Shown here: positions 1 through 9,178 of the stretch, piece by piece
Numbering within the stretch: position 1 is the first letter of the stretch
Layout: every line of letters starts with the position of its first letter
From: Chloroflexota bacterium
Lineage (GTDB): Bacteria > Chloroflexota > Dehalococcoidia > UBA2979
Direction: 5' to 3'
Length of the DNA: 64,000 nt
Assembly: GCA_027593235.1 (NCBI GenBank)
Contig: JAQCIU010000016.1
Location: 1-64,000 of the forward strand
Translations under genes and position numbers: made by a program
Notes under the pieces: generated by a model
The model's input: only the letters and a program-made list of their open reading frames with translations
Told to the model about the DNA's origin: nothing
Databases searched by the model: none

Positions 1-46
1 CTCGAATCCGCCCCCATTCCTCAATTCCGGCCTCAACGGCGCTTCT

Positions 47-184
47 TCAGCACCCTGCTAGAAGGACGAGGAGAATCACAACTACGCCAACGAACGTGTA
101 CGTGAGAATCGGGCGGCCGGACCCGTCCGGCTTCTGCGGGAGATCCGACCCGACACCAGATTCGTTGCCAGCACCCTGTGCCAT
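47..184 (-). CDS. small putative membrane peptide (45 aa), or N-terminus of a TGA-interrupted lipoprotein
   Basis: Manual translation: MAQGAGNESGVGSDLPQKPDGSGRPILTYTFVGVVVILLVLLAGC*; GAGGG RBS upstream; below the ORF-track cutoff. Confidence 0.4.
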   Translation of the reverse strand: MAQGAGNESGVGSDLPQKPDGSGRPILTYTFVGVVVILLVLLAGC

Positions 185-256
185 TGCTAGGCCCTCAACC
201 GCTCGGCAGAGTCGCTAAGGTCTGCCTCGTGACTGACGCAGTCTAGCGGATTCTGA

Positions 257-1612
257 CTAGGCGCCCGTGACAGCTTTCACAGCCGCGGCGGCGGCATCGA
301 CCATGATGCCAATCTCCTCGGCGTTGATGACCAGCGGCGGGGCCATGAGCAGTTCGTCGTTGATGATGCGTGGGATTACGCCGCCCTCATCGCGCATGTG
401 ACCCATGACTTTCGCGCCGGTGCCCGGGGCCTCGAAGGCCTTGCCGGTGGCGGCGTCCTGGACCAACGAGAGCCCGGCCATCAGGCCGAGGTGGCGGATG
501 TTGGTGACGTGCGGGTGGCCGTCGAAGGCGGCGTGGAGCTTGTCGTTGAGCAGCTCGCCCATCTTCGCGGCGTTATCGACGAGGTTCTCGTCCTCCATGA
601 TCTGGAGGTTGCGGAGGCCGACGGCGGCAGCGGTGGGGTGCGCGCTGTTGGTGTAGCCGTGCATGAACTTGGCGTCCGCGGGGAGGTTCTTCATCGCCTC
701 GGCGATCGGCTCGCTGACGATGAAAGCGCCCATCGGGATGTAGGCGGAGGTGATGGCCTTCGCGATCGAGACGATGTCGGGCTGGACACCCCAGTGCTCA
801 AGGGCGAACCACTTGCCGGTGCGGCCGAAGCCGGTGATGACCTCGTCGGCGATCAGCAGCACCTCGTACTTGTCGCAGATCTCGCGGATGTGGGGGAAGT
901 AGTCGTCGGACGGGGTGAAGACACCGCCGGCGCCCTTTACCGGCTCGGCGATGAAGGCGGCGACGGTGTCCGGGCCCTCGCGGAGGATCGCGTGTTCGAG
1001 CCACTCGGCGGTCTCGCCGTCGGTGTTGGGCTCGTCAGTGCTCTCCGGGTTCGAGGGCTGCTCGGTGTGGCTGATGTTGGGGACGAGCGGACCGAAGTAC
1101 TTCCAGAACGGCGGGAGGCCGGTCATCGAGGAGGTGGCGAGGGTGCTGCCGTGGTAGGAGCGGGGGCGCGAGATGAGCTTGTTCTTGCCCTGGCGACCCT
1201 GAAGGTTCCAGTAGAAGCGGGCCATCTTGAATGCGCCCTCGTTCGATTCACCACCGGAGTTGGTGAAGAAGAGCGCGCCCATGTTGTCGTAGCAGAGGTC
1301 GATGACCTTCGAAGCGAGGCGGATCGCCGGCTCGTTGGAGAAGCCGTTGTAGCCGTTGGCGAAGGCGACTTTGCGCATCTGCGCGGCAGCGGCGTCGGCG
1401 AGTTCCCCGCGGCCGTGGCCGACGGCGACGTTCCAGAGTGACGACAGCCCATCGATGTAGCTGCGACCGCGGACGTCGGTGAGCCAGACGCCCTTGCCGT
1501 GATCGAAGATCAGCGGGTGCTCGTGGTCGGGCGCGTAGTGCTGGGAGTGGAGCAGGTGAGCGCGGTCTTCGCGCTCGAGTTCAGCGATGGTCTGTTCGTC
1601 GAGAATGGTCAT
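257..1612 (-). CDS. class III PLP-dependent aminotransferase (omega-amino acid/polyamine type)
   Basis: YIDGLSSLWNVAVGHG, SYHGST, FIAEPVKGAGG, IADEVITGFGRTG, SIAKAITS PLP-lysine motifs. Confidence 0.93.
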   Translation of the reverse strand: MTILDEQTIAELEREDRAHLLHSQHYAPDHEHPLIFDHGKGVWLTDVRGRSYIDGLSSLWNVAVGHGRGELADAAAAQMRKVAFANGYNGFSNEPAIRLASKVIDLCYDNMGALFFTNSGGESNEGAFKMARFYWNLQGRQGKNKLISRPRSYHGSTLATSSMTGLPPFWKYFGPLVPNISHTEQPSNPESTDEPNTDGETAEWLEHAILREGPDTVAAFIAEPVKGAGGVFTPSDDYFPHIREICDKYEVLLIADEVITGFGRTGKWFALEHWGVQPDIVSIAKAITSAYIPMGAFIVSEPIAEAMKNLPADAKFMHGYTNSAHPTAAAVGLRNLQIMEDENLVDNAAKMGELLNDKLHAAFDGHPHVTNIRHLGLMAGLSLVQDAATGKAFEAPGTGAKVMGHMRDEGGVIPRIINDELLMAPPLVINAEEIGIMVDAAAAAVKAVTGA

Positions 1613-2142
1613 GGCGTGGGTTCCCCTCGGCAGCCGCGCGCTGGGTGCGAACGGCGTTGGTCCGTGCGAGTACGGAGGCTACCTCACCGAGGGGTTTGGG
1701 GGACTCGCAGGGGCGTGGTGGCGCCGCCGGGCAGGACGGTGTGGGCGCCACGAGGGGGGCGGGGCATCCTCGGCGCGGTCTTGTCGTTCGGCGGGGCGTT
1801 TCTGGGATGGGACGCGCCTGCGGCGCGAGAAGGTCGCGGCTTCGCCGCGACGCTGATCTCTATGTAGCCCGCCCGATATCTCGATCGCCCTACGGGCGCG
1901 GCCCACCCCGAATGCCTGTGGGGCTGTGTATTCCCGATCCCCCTACCGGGCGGGGGCCCCACTCCCCTCTTCCGGAAAGCGTTCCCGGTCAGCAGCAACT
2001 AGGCTTTGTTGCGAGAGAAGTCGGACCGCGGAATCCCTCGCGCTGAACGCGGATCGACTGCTCGGGTCCAAGGTTCCGGGGCGCTAGTTCAGCCCGGCCG
2101 CGCGCTGTGGGCGGGGCGCCCTGAGCGGGGCCTGTTTCGCGA

Positions 2143-2176
2143 GACCGCTCGAGGAGGGCGTACTCCTCGGGCGGTC
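2143..2176. terminator. stem-loop downstream of the ADH gene (probable terminator)
   Basis: GACCGCTCGAGGAG-ggcgta-CTCCTCGGGCGGTC inverted repeat just after the ADH stop; no clear U-tract. Confidence 0.55.
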
Positions 2177-2190
2177 GTCTCGGGGGTGGG

Positions 2191-3285
2191 CTACTCGAAG
2201 ACGATGACGCCGCGGCCGTCTTCGCCGCGGTCGAGGGCGTCGAAGCCTTCGTTGATCTGGTCGAGGGTGTAGCGGCGCTGGATCAGTTCGTCGATCTGGA
2301 GATCGCCCTTCTGGTAGAGGTCGATCATGGTGCGGAAGCTTTCGTGGGGGCTGGCGGAACCGTAGTAGGCGCCGACGACGGTCTTCTGGTACCGGACCAT
2401 GTCCACGAGGTCGATCGCGGCCTTGTCACCGAGCGGGGCGAGGCCGACGACGACGGCGGTGCCGTTGCGGCGCAGCGATCCGACGGCCTGCTGGGTGGTC
2501 TCGGACGCGCCGAAGGTGTCGAAGGCGAAGTCGACGCCGCCGCCGGTGAGCTCCTTGATCGCCTCGATTGGGTCTTCGACGGTGGAGTCGATGATGTCGG
2601 TGGCGCCGAAGCGGGTGGCGAACTGGAGCTTGTGCTCCGCGATGTCGACGGCGATGACGCGGGAGGCGTTCATCAGCGCGGCGCCCTGGACGGAGTTGAG
2701 GCCGACGCCGCCGACGCCGAAGACGGCGACGGTCATGCCGGGGCGGACGCCGGGCGCGTTGACGACGCTGCCGACGCCGGTGGTGACGGAGCAGCCGATC
2801 AGCGCGGCGACTTCCATCGGCACGTCATCGGGCATCGGGTAGCAGGCCTGGGCGGGGGCGACCTGGTACTCGGAGAAGACGCCGAGCTTCGACATCTGGA
2901 AGACCTCGGCGCCGTTGGCGTCCTTGAGGCGCGTGGTGCCGTCGTACTGGCGGACGCCGGTCTGGGCGTTGGTCTCGCAGAGTTGCGGGCTGCCGGAGCG
3001 GCACTGGCGGCAGTGGCCGCAGTTGGAGACGAAGGCGAGCACGCAGCGATCGCCGGGCTTCACGGAGGTGACGCCCGCGCCGACCGCCTCGACGGTGCCG
3101 GCGCCCTCGTGGCCGAGGACGCAAGGGAGCGGGATCTGAGCGGTGCCGTGGATGACGTGGATGTCGCTGGCGCAGACGCCGGCGGCGCCGGTGCGGATGA
3201 GCACCTCGCCTGCCTGAGGGCCCTGCTGGGTCAAGTCTTCGATCAGCAGCGACCGCTCGCCGGATCGCATCACTGCAGCCTTCAC
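2191..3285 (-). CDS. Zn-dependent alcohol dehydrogenase (MDR family)
   Basis: GVCASD, LGHEGAG, CGHCRQC...C structural Zn site, GVGGVG Rossmann motif. Confidence 0.95.
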   Translation of the reverse strand: MKAAVMRSGERSLLIEDLTQQGPQAGEVLIRTGAAGVCASDIHVIHGTAQIPLPCVLGHEGAGTVEAVGAGVTSVKPGDRCVLAFVSNCGHCRQCRSGSPQLCETNAQTGVRQYDGTTRLKDANGAEVFQMSKLGVFSEYQVAPAQACYPMPDDVPMEVAALIGCSVTTGVGSVVNAPGVRPGMTVAVFGVGGVGLNSVQGAALMNASRVIAVDIAEHKLQFATRFGATDIIDSTVEDPIEAIKELTGGGVDFAFDTFGASETTQQAVGSLRRNGTAVVVGLAPLGDKAAIDLVDMVRYQKTVVGAYYGSASPHESFRTMIDLYQKGDLQIDELIQRRYTLDQINEGFDALDRGEDGRGVIVFE

Positions 3286-3402
3286 GGTGCCCCCTTGCCG
3301 ACGCCGGAGAGCGCCGGATGTCGTCGGATGTGCGGTCTGTTGTCATGGGGAGAGTGCCGGTTCGCGGGCGGCCTCGCAAGCCGGGGGGCGGCGAGGGCGG
3401 TT

Positions 3403-4968
3403 TCAGGAGTCTTGCGGGCCGAAGCGACGGGCGATTTCCTCGCGGGCGACGGCGCGGTCGTCCCAGGGGTGCGCGCCGTCCGCGCGCTCGATCGAGCGTT
3501 CGTGGCCTTTGCCGGCGAGGAGCAGCAGGTCGCCGGGGCGCGCGATTTCGAGGGCGCGTGCGATTGCGTCGCGGCGGTCGGTGACGCGCTCGAAGGCGCA
3601 GCCGCTGGTTGCGCCCTCGGAAGCGCCTTCGGATGCACCGGCGGCGATCAGTGCCTGCGCGATCTCCTCGATGATCTGCTCGGAGGGTTCGGAGCGCGGG
3701 TCCTCCTCGGTGAGGACGACGTAGTCGGCGAGTTCGGCGGCGACCGCGCCGAGGCCGGTGCGGCGATCACGGGAACGCTCGCCGGCGCAGCCGAAGAGCA
3801 CGACCAGGCGGCCGTCGACGACGTCGCGGAGGGTGCCGAGGACGCGGCGCATCGCCTCGGGGGTGTGGGCGTAGTCGACGATGACGTCGAAGGGGGCGCC
3901 GGTGATGCGCTCCATGCGCCCGGGGACGCCGGGGCAGGCGGCGACGCCGGCGGCGACCTGCTCGATTTCGAGGTTGAGCGCGGCAGCGGCGGTGATCGCG
4001 GCGGCGGCATTCGAGACGTTGAACTCGCCCGGCAGGCGGACGCTCGCCTCGATGTCGTCGTCACCGGCGGTGAGCGAGAACGTCGATCCGTCGGACCAGG
4101 CCATGACGTCGGCGATGCGGACGTCGGCGTCCTCGTTGTCGACGCCGTAGGTGACGACGCGGGCCTTCGTGCGCGCGGCGAAGTATTGCCAGTTGGGGTC
4201 ATCGCGATTGAGGACGGCGGTGCGCTGGGGCGCGCCGTGGGGCTGATCGTTGAGCATCTCGAAGAGGGCGCCCTTGGCCTTGCGGTAGGACTCGAAGGTG
4301 CCGTGGAAATCGAGGTGGTCGGGTGTGACGTTGGTGAGCACCCCGACGTCGAAGTAGCAGTGATCGAGGCGGTGGAGCGCGAGGCCGTGCGAGGTGGCCT
4401 CGACGACGGCGTGGGTGCAGCCGGCGGCGACCATGTCGCCGAGGAGGCGCTGGACGACGGGCGCCTCCTGCGTGGTGAGGCGGGCCTCGATCGGGACGAC
4501 CTCGCCGCGGATGCGCGACTCGATGGTGGAGAGCAGGCCGGCGGCGAGGCCGGCGGCTTCGAGGGCGGCGAGCGTGAGGAAGGCGGTGGTCGACTTGCCG
4601 TCGGTGCCGGTGATGCCGACGACGGTGAGGGCGCGGCCCGGGTAGCCCTCGTGGGCGGCGGCGATCGCGGCGAGTGCGACGCGCGGGCTGGGGACGCCGA
4701 CGACGGGGACACCGAGGTTGCGCAGGCCCTCGGCGCGGTCCGTCGCGGCGACGAGGGCGACGGCGCCCGCCTCGACGGCGCGCGCGGCGAAGTCGTGACC
4801 GTCGGCGCGCTCGCCGGGGATGCAGACGAACAGGTCGCCTGCCTCGACAGCGCGCGAGTCGAGTTGGACGCGACGGATGGCGGGGAGCGACGAGCGATCG
4901 ACGTCCTCGGGGAGGGCGTCGCGCCAGTCGCCGCGCGGCGTCGAGGTGCCGTTCGGATCGTTGGTCAT
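3403..4968 (-). CDS. murE: UDP-MurNAc-L-Ala-D-Glu--diamino acid ligase
   Basis: DSRAV, GITGTDGKSTT P-loop, EATSHGL, TNVTPDHLDFH, VPGRME, VDYAHTP, LAGKGHE. Confidence 0.93.
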   Translation of the reverse strand: MTNDPNGTSTPRGDWRDALPEDVDRSSLPAIRRVQLDSRAVEAGDLFVCIPGERADGHDFAARAVEAGAVALVAATDRAEGLRNLGVPVVGVPSPRVALAAIAAAHEGYPGRALTVVGITGTDGKSTTAFLTLAALEAAGLAAGLLSTIESRIRGEVVPIEARLTTQEAPVVQRLLGDMVAAGCTHAVVEATSHGLALHRLDHCYFDVGVLTNVTPDHLDFHGTFESYRKAKGALFEMLNDQPHGAPQRTAVLNRDDPNWQYFAARTKARVVTYGVDNEDADVRIADVMAWSDGSTFSLTAGDDDIEASVRLPGEFNVSNAAAAITAAAALNLEIEQVAAGVAACPGVPGRMERITGAPFDVIVDYAHTPEAMRRVLGTLRDVVDGRLVVLFGCAGERSRDRRTGLGAVAAELADYVVLTEEDPRSEPSEQIIEEIAQALIAAGASEGASEGATSGCAFERVTDRRDAIARALEIARPGDLLLLAGKGHERSIERADGAHPWDDRAVAREEIARRFGPQDS

Positions 4969-5054
4969 CGAGTGATGGTACGTGCGGGATGCACCGTGGC
5001 GGAGGCGCTGTAGAATCTACTGCGCCCCATACCGACCACCTCAAGGGAGTACAG

Positions 5055-5471
5055 ATGATCGAGCTGACCGACGAGATGCGAACGCGGATCGGGAGCGCGC
5101 TGGATGATGGCCTACCGGTCGTGACCAGTAGCGTCGGTCCGGACGGCCAACCAACGATCTCCTTCTACGGCAGCACTCAGGTGTTCAGCGCCGATCAGCT
5201 CGCGATCTGGGTGCGGGCACGGCCGGGTGGCCTGACGGATCGGATCAAGCAGAACCCGAAGATGGCGTTCCTGTATCGGAACCCGGCTGAGCGGATCGGC
5301 TGGCAATTCCACGGCCGCGCCAAGCTGGTGGAGGACGCGACAATCGCGCAGCAGGTCTACGACAACTCGCCGGAGCGAGAGCGCAACAGCGACCCCGATC
5401 GCGAAGGGCACGCGATCCTGATCGACGTCGACAAGGTCGTCGCCCGTGGCGAAGTGCTGATGGAGCGCTAG
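5055..5471 (+). CDS. pyridoxamine 5'-phosphate oxidase-like (FMN/F420-binding split barrel) protein
   Basis: AAGGGAG RBS then MIELTDEMR...; DGQPTIS, NPKMAFLY, WQFHGRA pattern. Confidence 0.75.
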   Translation: MIELTDEMRTRIGSALDDGLPVVTSSVGPDGQPTISFYGSTQVFSADQLAIWVRARPGGLTDRIKQNPKMAFLYRNPAERIGWQFHGRAKLVEDATIAQQVYDNSPERERNSDPDREGHAILIDVDKVVARGEVLMER

Positions 5472-5488
5472 CCATCGAGGCGGCCGAG

Positions 5489-6151
5489 CTGCTTGCACTG
5501 GGGGCGCTGCACGTCGCGGTACTCGAGGCCGGGCAGGCGACGAGCGCGCACGAAGCGGCGCGGTTCCGGCTCTTCCGGTCCGCGGCCGGCAACACGTGGC
5601 GGATGCGCGACGACCTCGACAGCGGGCAGGCCGCGGCGCTCGCCGAACTGGCCGCCGCCGAACCGGTGGTGCGTGACTTCGAGGGCGAGCCGCCGGCCCT
5701 CGAGGGGTATCGGGAGATCGTCGGTGGTGTCTGGGCCGTCACGCGCGAGTACCGCGGACCGGCATTTATCTTTCCCGACGAGCTGCCAGCGGCGCCGCGC
5801 GCAGTCCTCGTGGGGCCCGCCGATCGCGCGCTGTTGCCACCGCACTTCGCGTGGGCGATCGAGGAGTGGGACGACATCCAGCCGGTGGCGGTGGCGCTCG
5901 ATGGCGGGGTCGCCGTCGCGATTTGCCATGCGCCAGCGGGGACTGCCGAAGCCGCCGAGGCCGGTGTGTTCACGATCGAGGCGGCGCGCGGCCGGGGCTA
6001 CGCGGTCGAGGTGGTCGCCGCCTGGGCCCAGGCGATGCGCGCGGCGGGCCGGTTGCCGATGTACAGCACGCAGTGGGACAACGCGGCGTCGCGTCGCGTG
6101 GCGGCGAAGCTGAGGCTGGAGCTGTACGGCGAGGATTTGAACCTCACCTAG
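5489..6151 (+). CDS. GNAT-family acetyltransferase (start uncertain: CTG 5489 or ATG 5603)
   Basis: GVFTIEAARGRGYA acetyl-CoA motif, YSTQWDNAASRRVAAKL. Confidence 0.8.
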   Translation: MLALGALHVAVLEAGQATSAHEAARFRLFRSAAGNTWRMRDDLDSGQAAALAELAAAEPVVRDFEGEPPALEGYREIVGGVWAVTREYRGPAFIFPDELPAAPRAVLVGPADRALLPPHFAWAIEEWDDIQPVAVALDGGVAVAICHAPAGTAEAAEAGVFTIEAARGRGYAVEVVAAWAQAMRAAGRLPMYSTQWDNAASRRVAAKLRLELYGEDLNLT

Positions 6152-6166
6152 TCCCGTCGTCGCGGT

Positions 6167-7042
6167 TTAGATCCAGTGGCCGGGCGCGGCCTGCCAGAAG
6201 AACTGCAGCAGGACGCCGCCGGTGGCTTTGGGGTGGATGAACGCCTCGCGCCACGGCACGCCGTCCGTCTCGCTTTCGCGTTCGCCGAAGGTGCGGACGC
6301 CGTGGTGGGCGAGCGCCGCGACCGCGCGATCCCAGTCGGCGACCTCGACGGTGAGGTGGTGGGCGCCGGGGCCGCGCTGTTCCAGGAAGCGCTGGACGAA
6401 GGAGTCTCCGCCGGTGGGCGAGATTACCTCGACGCGGAGTTGCTTCGTGGGGGCGTCGAGCACGCGGGTGCGGAACTCGCCGCCGCGATCATCGGGCGAG
6501 CGCCAGAAGTTCTGGTAGCCCATCGTCCGCTCGTACCAGTCACCCAGTTCGTCGCGGTCGGCGTGGGCGTGGGCGAGGTGGTTCACGTTGATGATGCCGA
6601 GGGTGTGATCGCCGTCGTCCTCGAAGGGCTCGACGTTGTACCAGCCGGGGCCTTCGAAGAACTGGTAGAGGAAGCCCTGGCCGCCGCCGGTGGGGTGCAG
6701 GTAGGTGCTGACGCCCTCGCCGCCCCAGGGCTCGCCGCCGAGGTCACGGATCGAGGTACGCGCGGCCTCGGTGGATTCGACGCGCATGGCGATGTGGTGC
6801 AGGCCGGGACCGCGCGGGCCGTCGAGGAACCGATGCAGGTAGGAGTCCGCGCCATCGGGCTCGAGGATCTCCCAGCCGAAGCGGGACGAGCCGGGGATGG
6901 CGAGCGTGACGGCGCGGAAGCCCTTGTCGCGGTACTCGCCCTGCGCCGGGCGCAATCCGAGGACGCGGGTGAGGAATTCGGCCTGCGCGTCGGCGTCCGG
7001 GACGGCCTGGGCAATGTGGTCAATGTTCAGGAACTCGATCAT
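6167..7042 (-). CDS. tandem VOC-domain protein (methylmalonyl-CoA epimerase-like)
   Basis: Two repeats: IDHIAQAV...GPGLHHIAMRV and VNHLAHA...GPGAHHLTVEV; FIHPKATGGVLLQF. Confidence 0.85.
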   Translation of the reverse strand: MIEFLNIDHIAQAVPDADAQAEFLTRVLGLRPAQGEYRDKGFRAVTLAIPGSSRFGWEILEPDGADSYLHRFLDGPRGPGLHHIAMRVESTEAARTSIRDLGGEPWGGEGVSTYLHPTGGGQGFLYQFFEGPGWYNVEPFEDDGDHTLGIINVNHLAHAHADRDELGDWYERTMGYQNFWRSPDDRGGEFRTRVLDAPTKQLRVEVISPTGGDSFVQRFLEQRGPGAHHLTVEVADWDRAVAALAHHGVRTFGERESETDGVPWREAFIHPKATGGVLLQFFWQAAPGHWI

Positions 7043-7080
7043 CGAGGTGGGTGTCTTTCCGTTGCGTGTGTGGAGGCAGG

Positions 7081-7662
7081 CTACAGGCGGATCGAGATCT
7101 CCTCGCCGTTGCCGATCGGCACGGTGACGGTCGCGAGACGCTCGTCCGCGCGCACGGCGGCGAGGAAGGCGGCGACCTCGGTGGGGTGCGAGGTGACGTT
7201 GTCGGTGACGAGGAGGCCGCCGGGTCGGAGGCGTTCGACGATCAGCGGGAGGTAGTCGAGGTAGCTCGCGCGGTCGGCGTCGAGGAAGACGAGGTCGAAG
7301 GCGCCCTCGAGGGTCGGCAGGGAGTTCCGGGCGTCGCCCTCGATGATCTCGACCGCGGCGCGGAGGTTGGATTCGCGGAGCTGGGCGTCGGCCATCTCGA
7401 TCTTGTCGGCGCTGCGTTCGAGGGTGGTGACGCGGCCGCCCTGTTCGGCGACGGCGTCGGCGAGCCAGATCGTGGAATAGCCGTTCGAGGTGCCGATCTC
7501 GAGGACGCGCTGCGCATTGAGCGAGCGGGCGAGGATCCAGAGGAGCCGACCGGTGTCCGGCATGATGTTGAGCATCCGCCTCGAGTGCTCAGACTCGATG
7601 GCGTCATGGGCGCGTCCGAGGACGCTGAGCTGGTCGAGCTGGATCAGGAGCGCGGTATTCAC
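7081..7662 (-). CDS. class I SAM-dependent O-methyltransferase
   Basis: VLEIGTSNGYS, FDLVFLDAD, LRPGGLLVTDN. Confidence 0.92.
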   Translation of the reverse strand: MNTALLIQLDQLSVLGRAHDAIESEHSRRMLNIMPDTGRLLWILARSLNAQRVLEIGTSNGYSTIWLADAVAEQGGRVTTLERSADKIEMADAQLRESNLRAAVEIIEGDARNSLPTLEGAFDLVFLDADRASYLDYLPLIVERLRPGGLLVTDNVTSHPTEVAAFLAAVRADERLATVTVPIGNGEEISIRL

Positions 7663-8585
7663 GGGCGGGGCAGGCCTTGCTCGTGCTCATCGGGGCGCCA
7701 AAGCCAGGCGGCGCCGCGGACGCCGCTGGAGTCGCCGTGCACAGCCTGGACGATCGGCGTGGTGACGACGTCGGAGAAGACGTGTTCCGCGAGGGCTGGC
7801 GGGACCAGCTCGTAGAGCGCGGCGATGTTGGAGACGCCGCCGCCGAGGACGATGGCGTCCGGATCGAGGACGTTGATCACGGTGGCGAGGGCGCGCGCGA
7901 GTCGTGCGGCGTGCAGCTCGATCGTCTCGCGGGCGGCGGGGTCGCCGGCGGCGGCACGTTGCGCGATCTCGTCTGCGGGGAGCTCCTCGGAGGTGCGGCG
8001 CTGGTGATCGAGGGTGATCGCCGGCCCGGAGAGGAACGCCTCGATGCAGGAGGTGCGGCCGCAGTAGCAGGGGCGGTCGGGCCACTCTTCGAGGAGGAGG
8101 CCCGGCATCGGGTTATGTCCCCACTCCCCCGCGATCGCGTGTGCGCCGGTGAGCGGGCGACCGTCGATGACGATGCCCCCACCGACGCCGGTGCCGAGGA
8201 TCACGCCGAAGACCACGCGCGCTCCGGCGGCGGCGCCATCGACGGCCTCGGACAGCGCGAAGCAGTTCGCATCGTTGGCGACGCGGACGGTGCGATCGAG
8301 GGCGGCCGAGAGATCGCGATCGAAGGGTTTGCCGATCAGCCAGGTGGAGTTGGCGTTCTTGACGAGGCCGGTGGCCGGCGAGATGGCGCCGGGGATGCCA
8401 ACACCGACGGTGGCGCGGGTATCGTAGTCGGCCTCGATCTGGCGGACGAGGGTGGCGACGGCCTCGACAGTGGCCTGATAGCTGTCGCGCGGCGTCGGCT
8501 CACGGCGGCGGAGCAGGATCTCGCCGCCGTCATCGAGGGCGGCCGCCTCGATCTTGGTGCCGCCCAGGTCGACGCCGATGCGCAC
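7659..8585 (-). CDS. ROK-family sugar kinase (fructokinase Mak-like)
   Basis: IGVDLGGTKIE, ANDANCFALSE, GTGVGGG, GEWGH, CYCG...CIE; GTG start after GAGGAG. Confidence 0.92.
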   Translation of the reverse strand: MRIGVDLGGTKIEAAALDDGGEILLRRREPTPRDSYQATVEAVATLVRQIEADYDTRATVGVGIPGAISPATGLVKNANSTWLIGKPFDRDLSAALDRTVRVANDANCFALSEAVDGAAAGARVVFGVILGTGVGGGIVIDGRPLTGAHAIAGEWGHNPMPGLLLEEWPDRPCYCGRTSCIEAFLSGPAITLDHQRRTSEELPADEIAQRAAAGDPAARETIELHAARLARALATVINVLDPDAIVLGGGVSNIAALYELVPPALAEHVFSDVVTTPIVQAVHGDSSGVRGAAWLWRPDEHEQGLPRP

Positions 8586-8651
8586 GCGCTTGCTCCTCGG
8601 ATGGTTCGGTCGGGGTGCCCAGCGTAGCGAGGGTGTGCAACCCCGGAATAG

Positions 8652-8681
8652 CACACAGCCCCGGTTTCCCGGGGCTGTGTG
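8652..8681 (-). terminator. terminator-like hairpin after rnpB
   Basis: 13-bp perfect stem CACACAGCCCCGG/CCGGGGCTGTGTG with GAAA loop on the minus strand. Confidence 0.7.
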
Positions 8682-8685
8682 TCGC

Positions 8686-9064
8686 GGTCAGGCGACCTGT
8701 AAGCCGAATTTTGTACCGCGTGCCGTTGCGACAGCACGCGGCGATGGCCATCCATCTACGGCGGCGGTTACCCGACGCCTTGTGCGACCTACCCGGGAGC
8801 GGAGCCGGACACCCCTCATGCTCCCCTATTTGGTCTTGCTCCAGGTGGGGTTTGCCTTGCACGCCCTGTTACCAGGACGCCGGTGCGCTCTTACCGCACC
8901 ATTTCACCCTTACCGGCGCCCGAAGGCACTGGCGGTATCTTTTCTGTGGCACTTTCCGTCGGCTCACGCCGCCCGGCCGTTAGCCGGCACCCCGTCCGGT
9001 GGAGTTCGGACTTTCCTCCCGTGCACCGCAAGCGGTACACCGGCGGCCATCCGGTCTCCTGACC
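8686..9064 (-). ncRNA. rnpB: RNase P RNA (bacterial type A)
   Basis: Minus strand has GAGGAAAGTCC, AGTGCCACAGAAA, GGTAAGGGTGAAA, GGCAAACCCC, GAGCAAGACCAAATAG, ACAAAATTCGGCTTA; P1 GGTCAGGAGACC/GGTCGCCTGACC. Confidence 0.97.
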
Positions 9065-9178
9065 AGCCGATCGTACGCTGGCGCGCGCCGTGCGGCGATG
9101 GATTTCGCGACGGGTTTTCGAGAGCTCTCAACTCGTCGGTCGCTACGAGCTATCGCACGAGCCCTCGTAACGAGTTCT

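Noticed and set aside
3608-3640. Short ASEGASEGA duplication in MurE
   Set aside because: In-frame 12-bp slippage in a surface loop; unremarkable.
2344-5013. Long antisense ORFs (889 aa here; also 22884-24620, 33400-35205, 42690-44264, 52984-54615 and others)
   Set aside because: Shadow frames of real genes caused by high GC codon bias; no family motifs.
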